This document shows positions 27,241 through 39,767 of a DNA stretch of 64,000 bases, piece after piece. Every line of letters begins with the position of its first letter. The first letter of the stretch is position 1. The stretch is from Octopus vulgaris (taxonomy: Eukaryota). The stretch covers positions 37,634,001 to 37,698,000 of the forward strand of contig OX597839.1 in NCBI GenBank assembly GCA_951406725.2, given 5' to 3'. The translations under genes and the position numbers were made by a program. The notes below the pieces were generated by a model. The model was not told the origin of the DNA. It saw only the letters and a program-made list of their open reading frames with translations, and did no database searches.

Positions 27241-28170
27241 CTCTTTTACTCTTTCACTTGTTTCAGTCCTTTGACTGCGGCCATGCTGGAGCAACGGCCT
27301 TTAGTTGAGCAAATCGACCCCGGGACTTATTCTTTGTAAGCTCAGTACTTATTCTATCGGCCTCTTTCTGCCGAACCGCTAAGTTACGGGGACGTAAACA
27401 CACCAGCATTGGTTGTCAAGCAATGCTAGGGGGACAAACACAGACACACAAGCACACACATGCATATATATATATATACATATATATGACAGGCTTCTTT
27501 CTGTTTCCGTCTACCAAATCCACTCACAAGGCATTGGTCGGCCCGGGGCTATAGCAGAAGACACTTGCCCAAGATGCCACGCAGTGGGACTGAACCCGGA
27601 ACCATGTGGTTGTTTAGCAAGCTACTTACCACACAGCCACTCCTGCGCCTATATCTATCTCTTTTACGCTTTTACTTGTTTCAGGCCTTTGACTGCGGCC
27701 ATGCTGGAGCAACGGCCTTTAGTTGAGCAAATCGACCCCGGGACTTATTCTTTGTAAGCCCAGTACTTATTTTATCGGTCTCTTTTTGCCGAACCGCTAA
27801 GTGACGGGGGACATAAACACACCAGCATCAGTTGTCAAGCGATGTTGGGGGGACAAACACAGACACACAAACACACACACGCACTTGTTTTATTTATATT
27901 CCTGAGCGCCATACTAATACAATTGTTTGTTTGTACTCCACCTGCCTTTGTCTTTTGTTTATTTTCATAAAGTTTCCTGTTATATATATATATATATATA
28001 TATACATATATATGACGGGCTTCTTTCAGTTTCCGTCTACCAAATCCACTCACAAGGCTTTGGACGGCCCGAGGCTATAGTAGAAGACACTTGCCCAAGA
28101 TGCCACGCAGTGGGACTGAACCCGGAACCATGTGGTTGGTAAGCAAGCTACTTACCACACAGCCACTCCT
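27241..28170 (-). mobile_element. Two tandem family-A SINEs
   Basis: Two full reverse copies (27241-27648 and 27655-28170) share the variant gagcaacggcctttagttgag, which suggests local duplication. Confidence 0.8.
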
Positions 28171-28409
28171 GCACCTACATATACATATTAATTATATATT
28201 TATATAAATATATTACATATGCATTACACACGCACACACACTAGTTGAATGTTTATATAAATATGCAAATACAATGCTAACTATCCAGACACTGATGGCC
28301 CCCAAACCCCTTATAATCCACACTAACTAATTAACAATAGTATACAGGCAAGGGCCAAGGAAGAGGGGGTGCACAGACTTGTGTCTGTGTGTGTGTGTGT
28401 ATGTATATA

Positions 28410-29025
28410 TATTTCTTTACTGCCCAGAAGGGGCTAAACATAGAGGGGACAAACAAGGACAGACAAAGGGATTGAGTCGATTATATTGTCCCCAATAGTT
28501 CGATAAATAAAGTACCAGTTTCGCACTGGGGGTCGATGTAATCGACTTAATCCCTTTGTCTGTCCTTGTTTGTCCCCTCTATGTTTAGCTCCTTGTGGGT
28601 AGTAAAGAAATATATATCGACCCCAGTGCGAAACTGGTACTTTATTTATCGACCCCGAAAGGACGAAAGGCAAAGTTGACCTCGGCGGAATTTGAACTCA
28701 GAACGTAACGACAGACGAAATGCCGCTAAGCATTTCACGCGGCGCGCTAACGTGTCTGCCAGCTTGCCACCTTGTGCGTGTGTATGTGTATATATATATA
28801 TATATATATGCCTTTCATCCTTTCGGGGTCGATAAATAAAGTACCAGTTTTGCACTGGGGTCGATATATATTTCTTTGCTACCCACAAGGGGCTAAACAT
28901 AGAGGGGACAAACAAGGACAGACAAAGGGTTTAAGTCGATTACATCGACCCCATCGACTCAATCCCTTTGTCTGTCCTTGTTTGTCCCCTCTATGTTTAG
29001 CCCCTTCTGGGCAGTAAAGAAATAT
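28410..29025. mobile_element. Mosaic of family-B SINE fragments in alternating orientation
   Basis: The terminal modules of about 70 bp at 28411 and 28953-29022 are exact reverse complements. Confidence 0.75.
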
Positions 29026-29033
29026 ATATACAT

Positions 29034-29093
<60 letters not shown>

Positions 29094-29279
29094 ACAGCTG
29101 CAACAACCATGGCCACTCCTCAATGCTAGCACGATTCGTGAACTATTTCACTCCACAATCAACAGCCCTTCACAATTCAGCTGTCTACTTCCTTCTTTTC
29201 TCTGAATACCACAAGTCACGCATTATCATCACGTTCTGTTGCAACCACAACTGCACGACAACAACAACAAAGTCAGCAC

Positions 29280-29565
29280 TGGAAGTCACTCTTCAATACT
29301 AGAACAATTGATGACCTATTAAGCAGCACAATCACGAGCCGTCCTCATGCTGGAAGCCTGTCTCTGTTTGCACCAAGCGAAAGTATGTTCAGCACGCTTT
29401 GCTCTTTGAAGACCTGATTCCGTACCACAATGACACGACACCGTCTGATGCACTGTACTGCAATGCATGTACACAAAATCTTGTGCAATGGAAATGCTTT
29501 GGACATCATCTTGGAAAGCTTCAGCACCAAAATGAGCAAGTATAGAAAAATTTTGGAAAAGATTT
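29280..29565 (+). mobile_element. hAT transposase C-terminal dimerisation-domain remnant
   Basis: From 29376: SESMFSTLCSLKT*FRTTMTRHRLMHCTAMHVHKI, similar to SERxFSxLxxLKTxLRxTMxxxRLxxLxxxxxH; in-frame stop. Confidence 0.7.
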
Positions 29566-29570
29566 GAAGC

Positions 29571-29960
29571 AGGAGTGGCTGTGTGGTAAGTAGCTTGCTA
29601 ACCAACCAAATGGTTCCGGGTTCAATCCCACTGCGTGGCATCTTGGGCAAGTGTCTTCTGCTATAGCCCCCAGGCCGACCAATGCCTTTGTGAGTGGATT
29701 TGGTAGACGGAAACTGAAAGAAGCCTGTCGTATATATGTATATATATGTATGTGTGTGTGTGTTTGTGTGTCCCCCTAGCATTGCTTGACAACCGATGCT
29801 GGTGTGTTTACGTCCCCGTCACTTAGCGGTTCGGCAAGAGACCGATAGAATAAGTACTGGGCTTACAAAGAATAAGTCCCGGGGTCGATTTGCTCGACTA
29901 AAGGCGGTGCTCCAGCATGGCCGCAGTCAAATGACTGAAACAAGTAAAAGAGTAAAGAGT
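29571..29960 (+). mobile_element. Family-A SINE
   Basis: Full-length copy. Confidence 0.85.
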
Positions 29961-30173
29961 ATTATGTTTCCATAATAATAATAATTATAAAAGCTCCACG
30001 AAGCTCCAGCAGGGGGTGGTGATCCCTGCTGTACTCTTTCACCACTCTTTCTCCCACTCTTTCTTCTGTTGGCCTACTCGCTTAGCCAACGGGGTGGCGT
30101 CATTCGAAGGCTAAAACAATGCGAAGCGCATTGTGATCAGCGATGTGTAACAACATCTGATGGTCTGGTCAGT

Positions 30174-30213
<40 letters not shown>

Positions 30214-30422
30214 AGAATTCACAAAAATAACAAAAGAGGAAGACAGGTGGTGTAGACAACAAACAGATGTATTAGTATAACGCTCAGGAATTGAAAAAGT
30301 CTTTAACGTTTCGAGCCTACGCTCTTCCACAGAAAGGAACACAGAAAGAGACAAGGAGAGAAAATAAAGAATGTGTAGTGGCTAGCGATCTATCATGGCG
30401 AAAAGCAATATATATATATATA

Positions 30423-30773
30423 CTAGCAGTATCGCCCTGCGTTGCTCGGGTTTGTAAGGGAAATAACTATATAAGCATTTTTAGAGAGTTATAGCCAAAA
30501 AATAGCAAAAAAATGCATTAAAAATGGAAAAAAAATGATGGTAAATTTTTTTTTAAATTGTTGACTCATCGTAGACATTTTTAGAGAGTTACTTCCCTTA
30601 TATGATAGCGAAAAAAACGCATTAAAATGGAAAAAAATGATGGTATGAATAGTCGATATGAATCACGACTATGAGATACCCGGTTTTGGTTAAACTGCAC
30701 CGCAAAATGTGGGAGTAGTTAGGAATCTAAATCGTAGGAGACAGACACACAACTTCACTTTTATATATAAAGA
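30423..30773 (-). mobile_element. Non-autonomous Helitron
   Basis: Minus strand: A|TCTTTATATATAAAAGTGAAG ... CCCGAGCAACGCAGGG-cgatactg-CTAG|T; AT insertion site, no TSD. Confidence 0.8.
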
Positions 30774-31415
30774 TATATGTTAGTTGTATATTCAAATAAA
30801 TATATTATATATACACATTACCTAAACACACACACTAGTTCTGTATTTACATAAATACAAGTACAATTACGCTTGACTTTCAGGACATCAATGGTCTGGA
30901 ACCTTTTATAATCTGCATTAATACTCAAGTAAAAACTTAGAATTTCCATGACTATCCAGACTAGTTTACTGGTACCATGAACAGACTACCACCTTGCATG
31001 TACAGTATAGTAAATACCCAATGCACAGCAACCTGTATTTCATTTAATTATTTAAGTAAATCTAATATTTGTTTAATTTTCACCAACAACGACCACTCCA
31101 GTGGTTCAGAAAAATATATTTCTTTATTGCCCACAAGGGGCTAAACATAGAGGGGACAAACATGGACAGACAAGGGATTAAGTCGATTATATCGACCGCA
31201 GTGGGAAGCTGGTACTTTATTTATCAACCCCAAAAGGATGAAAGGCAAAGTCGACCTCGGCAGAATTTGAACTCAGAACGTAACGACAGACGAAATACGG
31301 CTACGCATTTCACCCGGGAATGGTTCTGGAACCAAAGACTCTGGAAAATCGATGTTGTACCTGTGGTGATATGTAAAATGTAAGAGTGTCAAAGATGGTT
31401 AAAGACTGAACTCAC

Positions 31416-31492
31416 GTCACGATTAACCTTGTCGAACCAATGGGAGATATCCGTACCACCGACATCAAGGATTGGCTTCAGAAGTACGTTTC
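31416..31492 (-). CDS. CYB5D1: CYB5D1 exon 2
   Basis: ctctttag| (G)[25 protein letters not shown] |gtgagt; cytochrome b5-like GxDISHWF motif. Confidence 0.93.
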
Positions 31493-31658
31493 CTAAAGAG
31501 AGACAAACACAGAAGGAAGCATCAAGTCCACGTTTGAATAAGGATTTCTTTTTGGTTAACACTGTTCTATTCAGTTTTTATCTTTTATCTTCACCTTGCT
31601 TTGTTCATAGGATTGTGGCCATGCTGGAGCACCACCTTGAAGGTTTTTAGCCAAACAG

Positions 31659-31807
31659 ACTGACCCCAAGAGTAAAGATTATTTGCCAACGTAACATGGC
31701 AGTCCTGGTTTAGGACGAATGTTGCTGTAATTTAGCCCTAGCAACATTTGTTCTAAACCAGGACTGTTATGTTATGTTGGCAAATAATCTTAACTCCAGG
31801 GGTCAGT
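31659..31807. repeat. Hairpin MITE-like element
   Basis: aagattatttgccaac...cagtcctggtttag...aatgttgct / agcaacatt...ctaaaccaggactg...gttggcaaataatctt. Confidence 0.75.
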
Positions 31808-32078
31808 TTCTGAATATCTCTTGTTGTGAGATTTACAAATAGTAATTTTCTAAAGTGACCCCTGTTCTTAGATTTTGTTAAGTCCGGTACTTAGTCTAGC
31901 AGTTTCCTTTTTGCTGAACTACTAAATCATGGGGACGTAAACAAACCAACACATGCTAATTGGCGGCTGGGGGACAAACACAAATACTTATGTGTATATA
32001 TATGACAGTTTCCACCTACCAAATTCACTAATTAAAAGGTGTCTTTGCAATCAGCATAAAGCTAATGATAGGGACATA

Positions 32079-32145
<67 letters not shown>

Positions 32146-32401
32146 CTGTCTGATGGCCCATGGAAGACAAGAACTTTAGCGAGGCACTTATTTGGTACTG
32201 CATGCTTTGAGAATTTTGTAAGAGCAACGATGCAACACATGCAATGGGAAACATATGTACAAGATATCTTGATGGTGTGAGTATTTGGAAAGACCAAAAG
32301 TGGTTTGAGATTTCTGATATTCAAAGCAGGCAAGCTGGCAGAAACATTAGCATGCCGGGCGAAATGCTGCTCAGTATTTCGTCCGGTGAAGGGTCTTTGC
32401 C

Positions 32402-32443
<42 letters not shown>

Positions 32444-32834
32444 CACACACACACACACATATACTATTATAGTATGTCGGTAGGATTACAATGTAAATCT
32501 GCTATTATTTGATTCTCTGTGTTTTTTGTGGTGCTTGGGAGCGGCAAAAGGAAAGGCCGCTCTGGATGGCACTCACTTTAGCTACGTTAGTATCTCTCTC
32601 TCTCTCTCTAACTTTCTACCAACCTACCTACCTACCTACCTACCTGTCTGTCTGTCTGTACATGTGTATGTATATATATGGAATTAAGTGCTATATTTAT
32701 TTCTTTTCATTTGTCTAGTTCGTAAACATCTAGCATCTTGCTAATTTGAGAACACAAATTTCGTGGTAAGACAGTTTGACGTCTATGTTTAGCATACAAG
32801 GAATCCACATAGTGGTCTCTCCAACTGTTATCTC

Positions 32835-33215
32835 TTTCTCTTTTCTCTTTTACTTGTTTCAGTCATTTGACTGCGGCCATGCTGGAGCACCGCCTTTTTT
32901 TTTAGTCGAGCAAATCGACCCCGGGACTTATTCTTTGTAAGCCCAGTACTTATTCTATCGGTCTCTTTTGCCGAACCGCTAAGTGACGGGGACGTAAACA
33001 CACCAGCATCGGTTGTCAAGCAATGCTAGAGGGACAAACACAGACACACAAACACACACACACATACATATATATATATACATATATACGACAGGCTTCC
33101 TTCAGTTTCGTCTACCAAATCCACTCACAAGGCATTGGTCGGCCAAGGGCTATAGCAGAAGACACTTGCCCAAGATGCCACGCAGTAGGACTGAACCCGG
33201 AACCATGTGGTTGGT
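32835..33215 (-). mobile_element. Family-A SINE in CYB5D1 intron 1
   Basis: Reverse copy, slightly 5'-truncated. Confidence 0.85.
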
Positions 33216-33355
33216 TATATGTACATGTCTGAGTGTGTCTGTATGTGTGGGTATATATGTATGTGTGTTTGTGTGTGTGTGTGTGTGCTCACATAAATAT
33301 ATACAAGTATAATGTACATATATATCCAAATATATTTAATGAAATATCTACGGAC

Positions 33356-33485
33356 CTTTCTCCCTATTACAGAGGTCAGTCAAATCGTAGACTCTTCCCA
33401 TGAACGAGACCCAAAGATCGTCTGGCATATTGTGGTGAGAAATCTCTTTCCGAGTGAAATATCGAATTTTTGGGAGGGATACCAT
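33356..33485 (-). CDS. CYB5D1: CYB5D1 exon 1 (start codon)
   Basis: [43 protein letters not shown](G) |gtccgt. The four exons total 657 nt (218 aa plus stop). Confidence 0.92.
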
Positions 33486-33654
33486 TCTGAGAATCGGGAG
33501 AAAGTGTTAAAAGATTTGCGAAGCAAAATATTCAAGGAACAAAAATTTATCCTGAATTTGGCGAATCGATCTCTCTCTCTCTCCTCTTCTTCCTCTCAAA
33601 AAATTATTCTCAGCAATTCTACATCCAGTTTAAAAAACAAAAACAACCCCACGC

Positions 33655-33671
33655 CGTTGTCATTGACAACG
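33655..33671. promoter_or_regulatory. Palindromic RFX X-box-like element upstream of CYB5D1
   Basis: CGTTGTCA-T-TGACAACG is a perfect palindrome about 170 bp upstream of the CYB5D1 ATG, in a CpG-containing patch. It is near the consensus GTNRCC(N0-3)RGYAAC with one mismatch per half-site. Confidence 0.45.
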
Positions 33672-34144
33672 TTATTGCCGTACAAAGCTAATATAATAAA
33701 CATTATCAACCAACGATGTTTCGTATTTTAAATGCCAGAAATTAATTTTTAATCATTAAAAATGTAATTTTTTTTTATTAATTACAAACTGCGAAAAAAG
33801 AAAAAAAAAAAATGCTGGGAGTAAAATTTCAATGATTTATTTTTTTGAGATCTGTGTAAAAATATAAAATTTCAAATTTTGTGTGGTTGATTTTTACTCC
33901 GTTAACATAGTTTAACCAAAAGTTCGGCTGAGTGGTCAAGTTTCACGTACATTCGTGTTCTTAAGATGATGGTCATCGTCAAGACCAACAGAGAAATCAT
34001 ACAAAAAAAAGGATTTTAAAGAGATTTGACTGCTATTTCTAGCAAGCTAGTGTGCATCTAGAAGCTTCTTCAAAACGAAATGCAGTCAAGGGGAGGTAAT
34101 TTCGCGATTGTGTTGTGCTGGAATGCTTTTTCTTGCCTCTAACT

Positions 34145-34569
34145 CAGGGGTTCCCAACCGGGGTCCGTGTGGACACCAAGGGGTCCACAGAAGCTTTAAG
34201 CGGGGTGGGGTCACGAGTGAAAAATTGTAATTTATGGATCCATATATAAATTTTGTTCACTAGAAAGAGCTACCTGTATTTATTGAAATTTTCAAGATTT
34301 GTATTTGGAATTTATGTTATGAATAAAATAAAATTGTTTCATTGTTTGGTTTTTACTAACCTACAAACATTTTTTATTTCAAAAATTTAGATGTGCATAT
34401 ATATATAGGTGCAGGAGTGGCTGTGTGGTAAGTAGCTTGTTTACCAACCACATGGTTCCGGGTTCAGTCCCACTGCGTGGCACCTTTGGCAAGTGTCTTC
34501 TACTATAGCCCCAGGTCGACCAAAGCCTTGTGAGTGGATTTGGTAGACGGAAACTGAAAGAAGCCCGTC

Positions 34570-34651
<82 letters not shown>

Positions 34652-35172
34652 TGAAATAGAAAGATGAATAATCTTGTTGCAGATTAATCAAAAGTTTAAC
34701 CGATACCTTGGTAGCAAAAATCACAGCAGAAGACAGCACGGTTGGAGGTACAACCATATGGTGTTGCAACCGTGCGTTGGTGCGGATAATTGAATTTTAA
34801 TATTATTTGTGAATTGAAGAAATGGAGTTGAACGAAGATTGAACGGAAATCGTTTTATTGCATTCTACACGTGTTTCGTGTATATGCATATATATGCGTG
34901 TTTGTGTGTCTGTGTTTGTCCCCCTAGCATTGCTTGACAACCGATGCTGGTGTGTTTATGTCCCCGTTACTTAGCGGTTCGGCAAAAGAGACCAATAGAA
35001 TAAGTACTGGGCTTACAAAAGAATAAGTCCCGGGGTCGATTTGCTCGATTAAAGGCGGTGCTCCAGCATGGCCGCAGTCAAATGACTGAAACAAGTAAAA
35101 GAGTATATGGGGTCCATAGCTGATAAGATAGCTCTCAGGGAGTTCACTGCAAAATAAGGTTGGGAACCTCTG
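34145..35172. mobile_element. hAT-like MITE containing a nested family-A SINE (34414-35104)
   Basis: TIRs CAGGGGTTCCCAACC / GGTTGGGAACCTCTG with subterminal GGGGTCC motifs; no clean 8-bp TSD. Confidence 0.6.
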
Positions 35173-35285
35173 CTGAACTGCAGTTTTGTATTCGATGTTT
35201 TCTGGTTTATTAAATAATTTCATTAAAAAAAACAACATATCAGTCTGATAGGCGGGACATCTGTCTGTTTGTCTATCCATCTATC

Positions 35286-35513
35286 TTATTTCTTTATTAC
35301 CCACATGGGGCTAAACACAGAGAGGACAAACAAGGACAGACAAACGGATTAAGTCGATTATATCGACCCCAGTGCGTAACTGGTACTTAAATTATCGACC
35401 CCGAAAGGATGAAAGGCAAAGTCGACCTCGGCGGAATTTGAACTCAGAACGTAACGGCAGACGAAATACCGCTAAGCATTTCGCCCGGCGTGCTAACGTT
35501 TCTGCCAGTTTGC
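35286..35513 (-). mobile_element. Family-B SINE
   Basis: Full reverse copy flanked by ctatccatctatctt on both sides (TSD). Confidence 0.85.
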
Positions 35514-36942
35514 CTATCCATCTATCTTGCCACCCATCTATCTCCGTATCACCCTCTCTCTCTCTCTTTCAATCAATTAGTCAATTAATTAGTCAATCAA
35601 CCCCTCCAGTCAATCTTTTACTTCTAAAAAACCCCGCCATATTTATAAGATTGAGAAATATTCTGACGTTTCTCAAAAAAATATTAATCTCTAAGAAGTG
35701 AACTAGCTTCATCCAAGAATTGAACCTTCATAACATTGTCAATACGAGGGGAGTCTCTACATGGTCGTACAAATTGCTAGAAATAGGAGTCAAACTTTCG
35801 TTACATGACACAACCGTCTTTAAAAAGCAAAAAAGACAGGGTTATATTGAATAATGTAGCTCTACATATAATGACAATGAGATGAATGGAGTGGCCATGG
35901 TTGGAATGTCTTTGATGATAGTTCTGCCAGGGTCGGGGTTGATCTGGGACAGAATAACAGAATCAACGGAAAGATGAAAAACACAGGATTTAGTTACCTA
36001 GCTACACAGTGTTACATAGTTCCGTATCTCAGGTTTTATCAACACTATATAATAAAACCAATTTATAAATATAACTAAAAAATACATATTTATCACAAAT
36101 TTTCTTTAACATAATAAACGTGTTATCTTAATTGATATTTGTTATTTCAACGCTATTTGTTGACATAATTAGTTTCGTATTCACTTGATAAATCCAACAT
36201 GGGAGAAGTCTTGGTAAATATTTCTTGGATTTTACATTATTTCTCTATTTTTCTACCTCTTTGCTATATTATATATATAAACTTCATATATTTGGCGCAG
36301 TCTGTATGTACTTCATACACACACATATATTTCCTCTAATATATTTATATATTTCTGTATGAATGAATTTACGATGGAAAAACGGACGCAAAACTCCAAG
36401 TCTATGATCACCCTGTTGTCTTTGTTTCTTTATAACTTTCCGAGAAATGTATATATTTGCAAATGAAATTGTCCACAGAATTTAGATAGTGTAGATTTGA
36501 GTTATATTGGAACTTGCCGCGAAAATGTTTCCGGATTATCCACACCTGGAATTATTTCCCCATAACTTACTGAAAACTGGATATTTTTAAATAAAATTTC
36601 TTACTAATACATTTCGTATTGTGTAGAATGATATTATGTCGGAAGTTGATGTGGTTAAAAAAAAAAAAATATGGTGGGGTTGGGGATGGCCAGATAGTTA
36701 ACACACTTTGACTGTATTTTCTTCAGACGTTTTGACGAGGTGTGTGAATTATTCTTTTTTTACTCTTGGCACAAGGCACGAAATTTTTGGGGAGGGGGCC
36801 AGTCGATTAAATCGACTGGGGGTCTACATTTAGCATATTGGATGTCCACCTAGTGGTCATCCCATTTATATGTGTGTGTGTATATATATATGTGATGATG
36901 ATACGCTTCGCATTGTTTTAGCCTTCGAATGACGCCACCCTG

Positions 36943-37005
<63 letters not shown>

Positions 37006-37325
37006 TATATATATACACACTAGCACTCTGTCGGAACCAATGAGGATTCCAGTTGATCTCATCAATGGAACAGCCTGCTTGTGAAATTAATGTGCAAGTG
37101 GCTGAGCACTCCATAGATATTTGTACCCTTAATGTTGTTCTCGGGAAGATTCAGCATGACATAGAATGTGACAAGGCTGGCCCTTTGAAATACAGGTACA
37201 ACTCGTTTTTACCCGCTGAGTGGACTGGAGCAATGTGAAATAAAATGCATCATCAGGAATTGAACTTACGACCTTACGATCGTCAGCTGAGCACCTTAAC
37301 CACCAAGCTACATGACACATGTGTT

Positions 37326-37798
37326 GAGTGGCCAAATGAAAGAAAAGGGTTGCTTAACACATTTAGTAAGAGTTGTATTTTTCCATTCAGTAATCTAAAA
37401 CCTGACAGAGACAAGTTTCTGTTAGGGGCCGGCAAAACTTTATTATGAAGAGACATTTTCCCAAATTCCAGATATACCAGGATGTAATTCAAGCCTCTTT
37501 CTTATATAAATACTCATCAAAGTATTTGAACAGTGCAATAATACATTTAAAATGGTCTGCCCAGAACATACAGCAAATATACACAAAAAATATACTTGAA
37601 ATAAGAGGAATACATAAAATGTAACACATACACACACACGTTTATATTATTCAAAACAGTTTGATTCGGCTCCATGCAACTTAAAGTTTTGCAGGCTCCT
37701 AACAGAAATTCGTCTCTTTCAGGTTTTAGATTACTGATTAGAGAAATACAACCCTTACTAAATGTGTCAAGTGCCCTTTTCTTTCATTGGCTCACTCA
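37326..37798. mobile_element. MITE with about 115-bp diverged terminal inverted repeats
   Basis: tcagtaatctaaaacctga...tttctgttagg / cctaacagaaa...tcaggttttagattactga. Confidence 0.7.
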
Positions 37799-38194
37799 CT
37801 CAGGGTCAGTAAGTGCATACAGATGTTGTGTTCTGAACACACTTTTGTATTGAATATGAGCATGGACTCTCTACTACAGAAACTTGAAACCTCCTTGCAC
37901 ATGTGTTGTCTGCACTGGATCTGCAGCAGAAAATGGCAAGATAAGATATCAAGTGTCAAAATCTTAGAAAAACTGTGATATCTCCAGTATCAAAAACATG
38001 CTGCAGATGGGCAGGACATATTTTTCAAATGAAAGATGACCGTATTCCAAAAATTCTTTTGTATGAGCAACAAGTAGTGGAATTTGAACTGGGAATATGA
38101 CGATGGATTAAATGCTGCTAAATGTTTTGCCTGGCATGCTAACAAGTCTGCCAGCTCATTGCCATAATAATAATAATAATAATAATAGTAATAA

Positions 38195-38621
38195 TAAATT
38201 AAGGCCAACAGACCAGATATAGTTGTCAGAGATCATGAAGAAAAAAAATGCTTTCTAATTGATGTATCAATACCGGCAGATGACAACGTGTCTCTAAAAG
38301 AAATGGAGAAACTTTCAAAATACAAAGACCTGGAAATAGTGGTAACCAGAATGTGGAATCTAAAAACAGAAACAATTCGTATCATAGTAGGTGCATTAGG
38401 CATGATAAAAAAATATTCAGACAAATACATAACAAAAACACCAGGACTTACAAACACATACAACATACAGAAAATTGCACTACTAGGCACTGCACACATC
38501 CAACGCAGAACACTTTCCATACAATAACCATCAGAGCATCCCAACAAATCACAGCACATACCCAAGGCACACAGAGCTGCGCTCGGTAGTGAAGTGAAAG
38601 CACGCTATAAAAATAAAACTA

Positions 38622-38625
<4 letters not shown>
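38195..38625 (+). mobile_element. R4/Dong-clade non-LTR retrotransposon 3' end (restriction-like endonuclease)
   Basis: IKANRPDIVVRDHEEKKCFLIDVSIPADDNVSLKEMEKLSKYKDL...IIVGALG carries the RLE motif PD..D..K; (TAA)n on both sides. Confidence 0.85.
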
Positions 38626-38666
<41 letters not shown>

Positions 38667-38667
<1 letters not shown>

Positions 38668-38770
38668 GAAGAAAAGTTGAGAGATATGACAGGTTAGCTT
38701 GGGAAATTAAGCTGTTGTGGTCGATGAAAAAGGTAGCAGTAGTACCAGTAATTGTCGGAGCCCTGGAACC
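38667..38770 (+). mobile_element. Second, divergent R4/Dong-like RLE fragment
   Basis: RKVERYDRLAWEIKLLWSMKKVAVVPVIVGAL immediately after (TAA)n. Confidence 0.6.
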
Positions 38771-38945
38771 TTTCCATAGTCTCTTTTGATGATTGATTTT
38801 TTTTTCTCAAAGTTGACCTCGGCGGGATTTGAACTCAGAACATAAAGATGAATGAAATGCCATTAAGCCCGTTTCCCAGAGTGCTAACGATTTTTATAAC
38901 AGTAATTATAATTATTATTATGATGATGATGTTGATGTTTTTCAG

Positions 38946-39063
38946 GATGGTGAATGTGGAGAATCATGTGACGAATCTTCTGTGATAGATGGACGAAGGA
39001 AGTTACAGAGATGGCTGAATAAAAACATGAAGATTAAAATGAGCGATGGACGAACACTGATAG
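38946..39063 (+). CDS. NAA38: N-alpha-acetyltransferase 38, NatC auxiliary subunit (LSMD1), internal exon
   Basis: tttcag| DGECGESCDESSVIDGRRKLQRWLNKNMKIKMSDGRTLI(G) |gtgaga; Sm-fold motif 1. The exon carrying the start codon was not located. Confidence 0.9.
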
Positions 39064-39199
39064 GTGAGAGACTCTTTTATGGTTGTCACAGCAAGATACT
39101 TTGGTGGTGGTGGCTGAATACTAGTGAGCTGTGGCTATGGTGGTAGTGTTTGTGTGTGTGTGTGGAGGGATAGCATACTGTTGGTGGTAGTGGGAGTAA

Positions 39200-39380
39200 C
39201 GACAGCAGAGCTCTGTCTTCTTTGTTGCCAAACTAAAACTTCTGACTTTGTAAGGTTTACTTTATGACCCCTGGAGGCCAGGCTTTGCTTCCACATCTGG
39301 AATTCCTTCTCTAATTCTTTGACAAATTCATCATCATGTAAATTTTCCTGTAGACGACCAGCTATGAACTCTTCTGTTGT
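39200..39380 (-). mobile_element. Degraded RTE reverse-transcriptase fragment
   Basis: EEFIAG...HDDEFVKELEKEFQMWKQSLASRGHKVNLTKSEVLV resembles the region after YADD in RTE RT. Confidence 0.55.
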
Positions 39381-39767
39381 GGCATGGAAAACTATAAAAA
39401 ACAGGAAGCAGAGTGTGTGTATATGTGTGGTGGGGTACAGGGACTGAGAATTGAGACCACACCACCTCTCCATGATGGATACCTACCTGTGTACTAAATT
39501 CCTAACTGAACTCATTGCTGAGTCGTGTTATCTTGCTAACAGTTTATATTAATGCATCAGAAGCCATTTATCTAAACCCGGTTGCCTTAGCAACTGAGGT
39601 GATGGTTTGCTGATCAGTTTCAACCCAGTTCTTACTTGGTCTCCTCTGCTTTTGAAACACCATCTCAGCTTGGTTCGTTATAGGATATTCAGCTCACATT
39701 TGTAAAGTTGTGAGTTCAACTCCTGGTGGTGCATTGTGTTCTTGAGCAAGACACTTTATATCACATT

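Noticed and set aside
33312-33731. 139-aa plus-strand ORF overlapping CYB5D1 exon 1
   Set aside because: Antisense shadow of the real exon plus low-complexity sequence.
34080-34101. ATGCAGTCAAGGGGAG|GTAATT as a possible NAA38 first exon
   Set aside because: It is phase 1, but the exon at 38946 needs phase 0. A similar motif recurs at about 50601.
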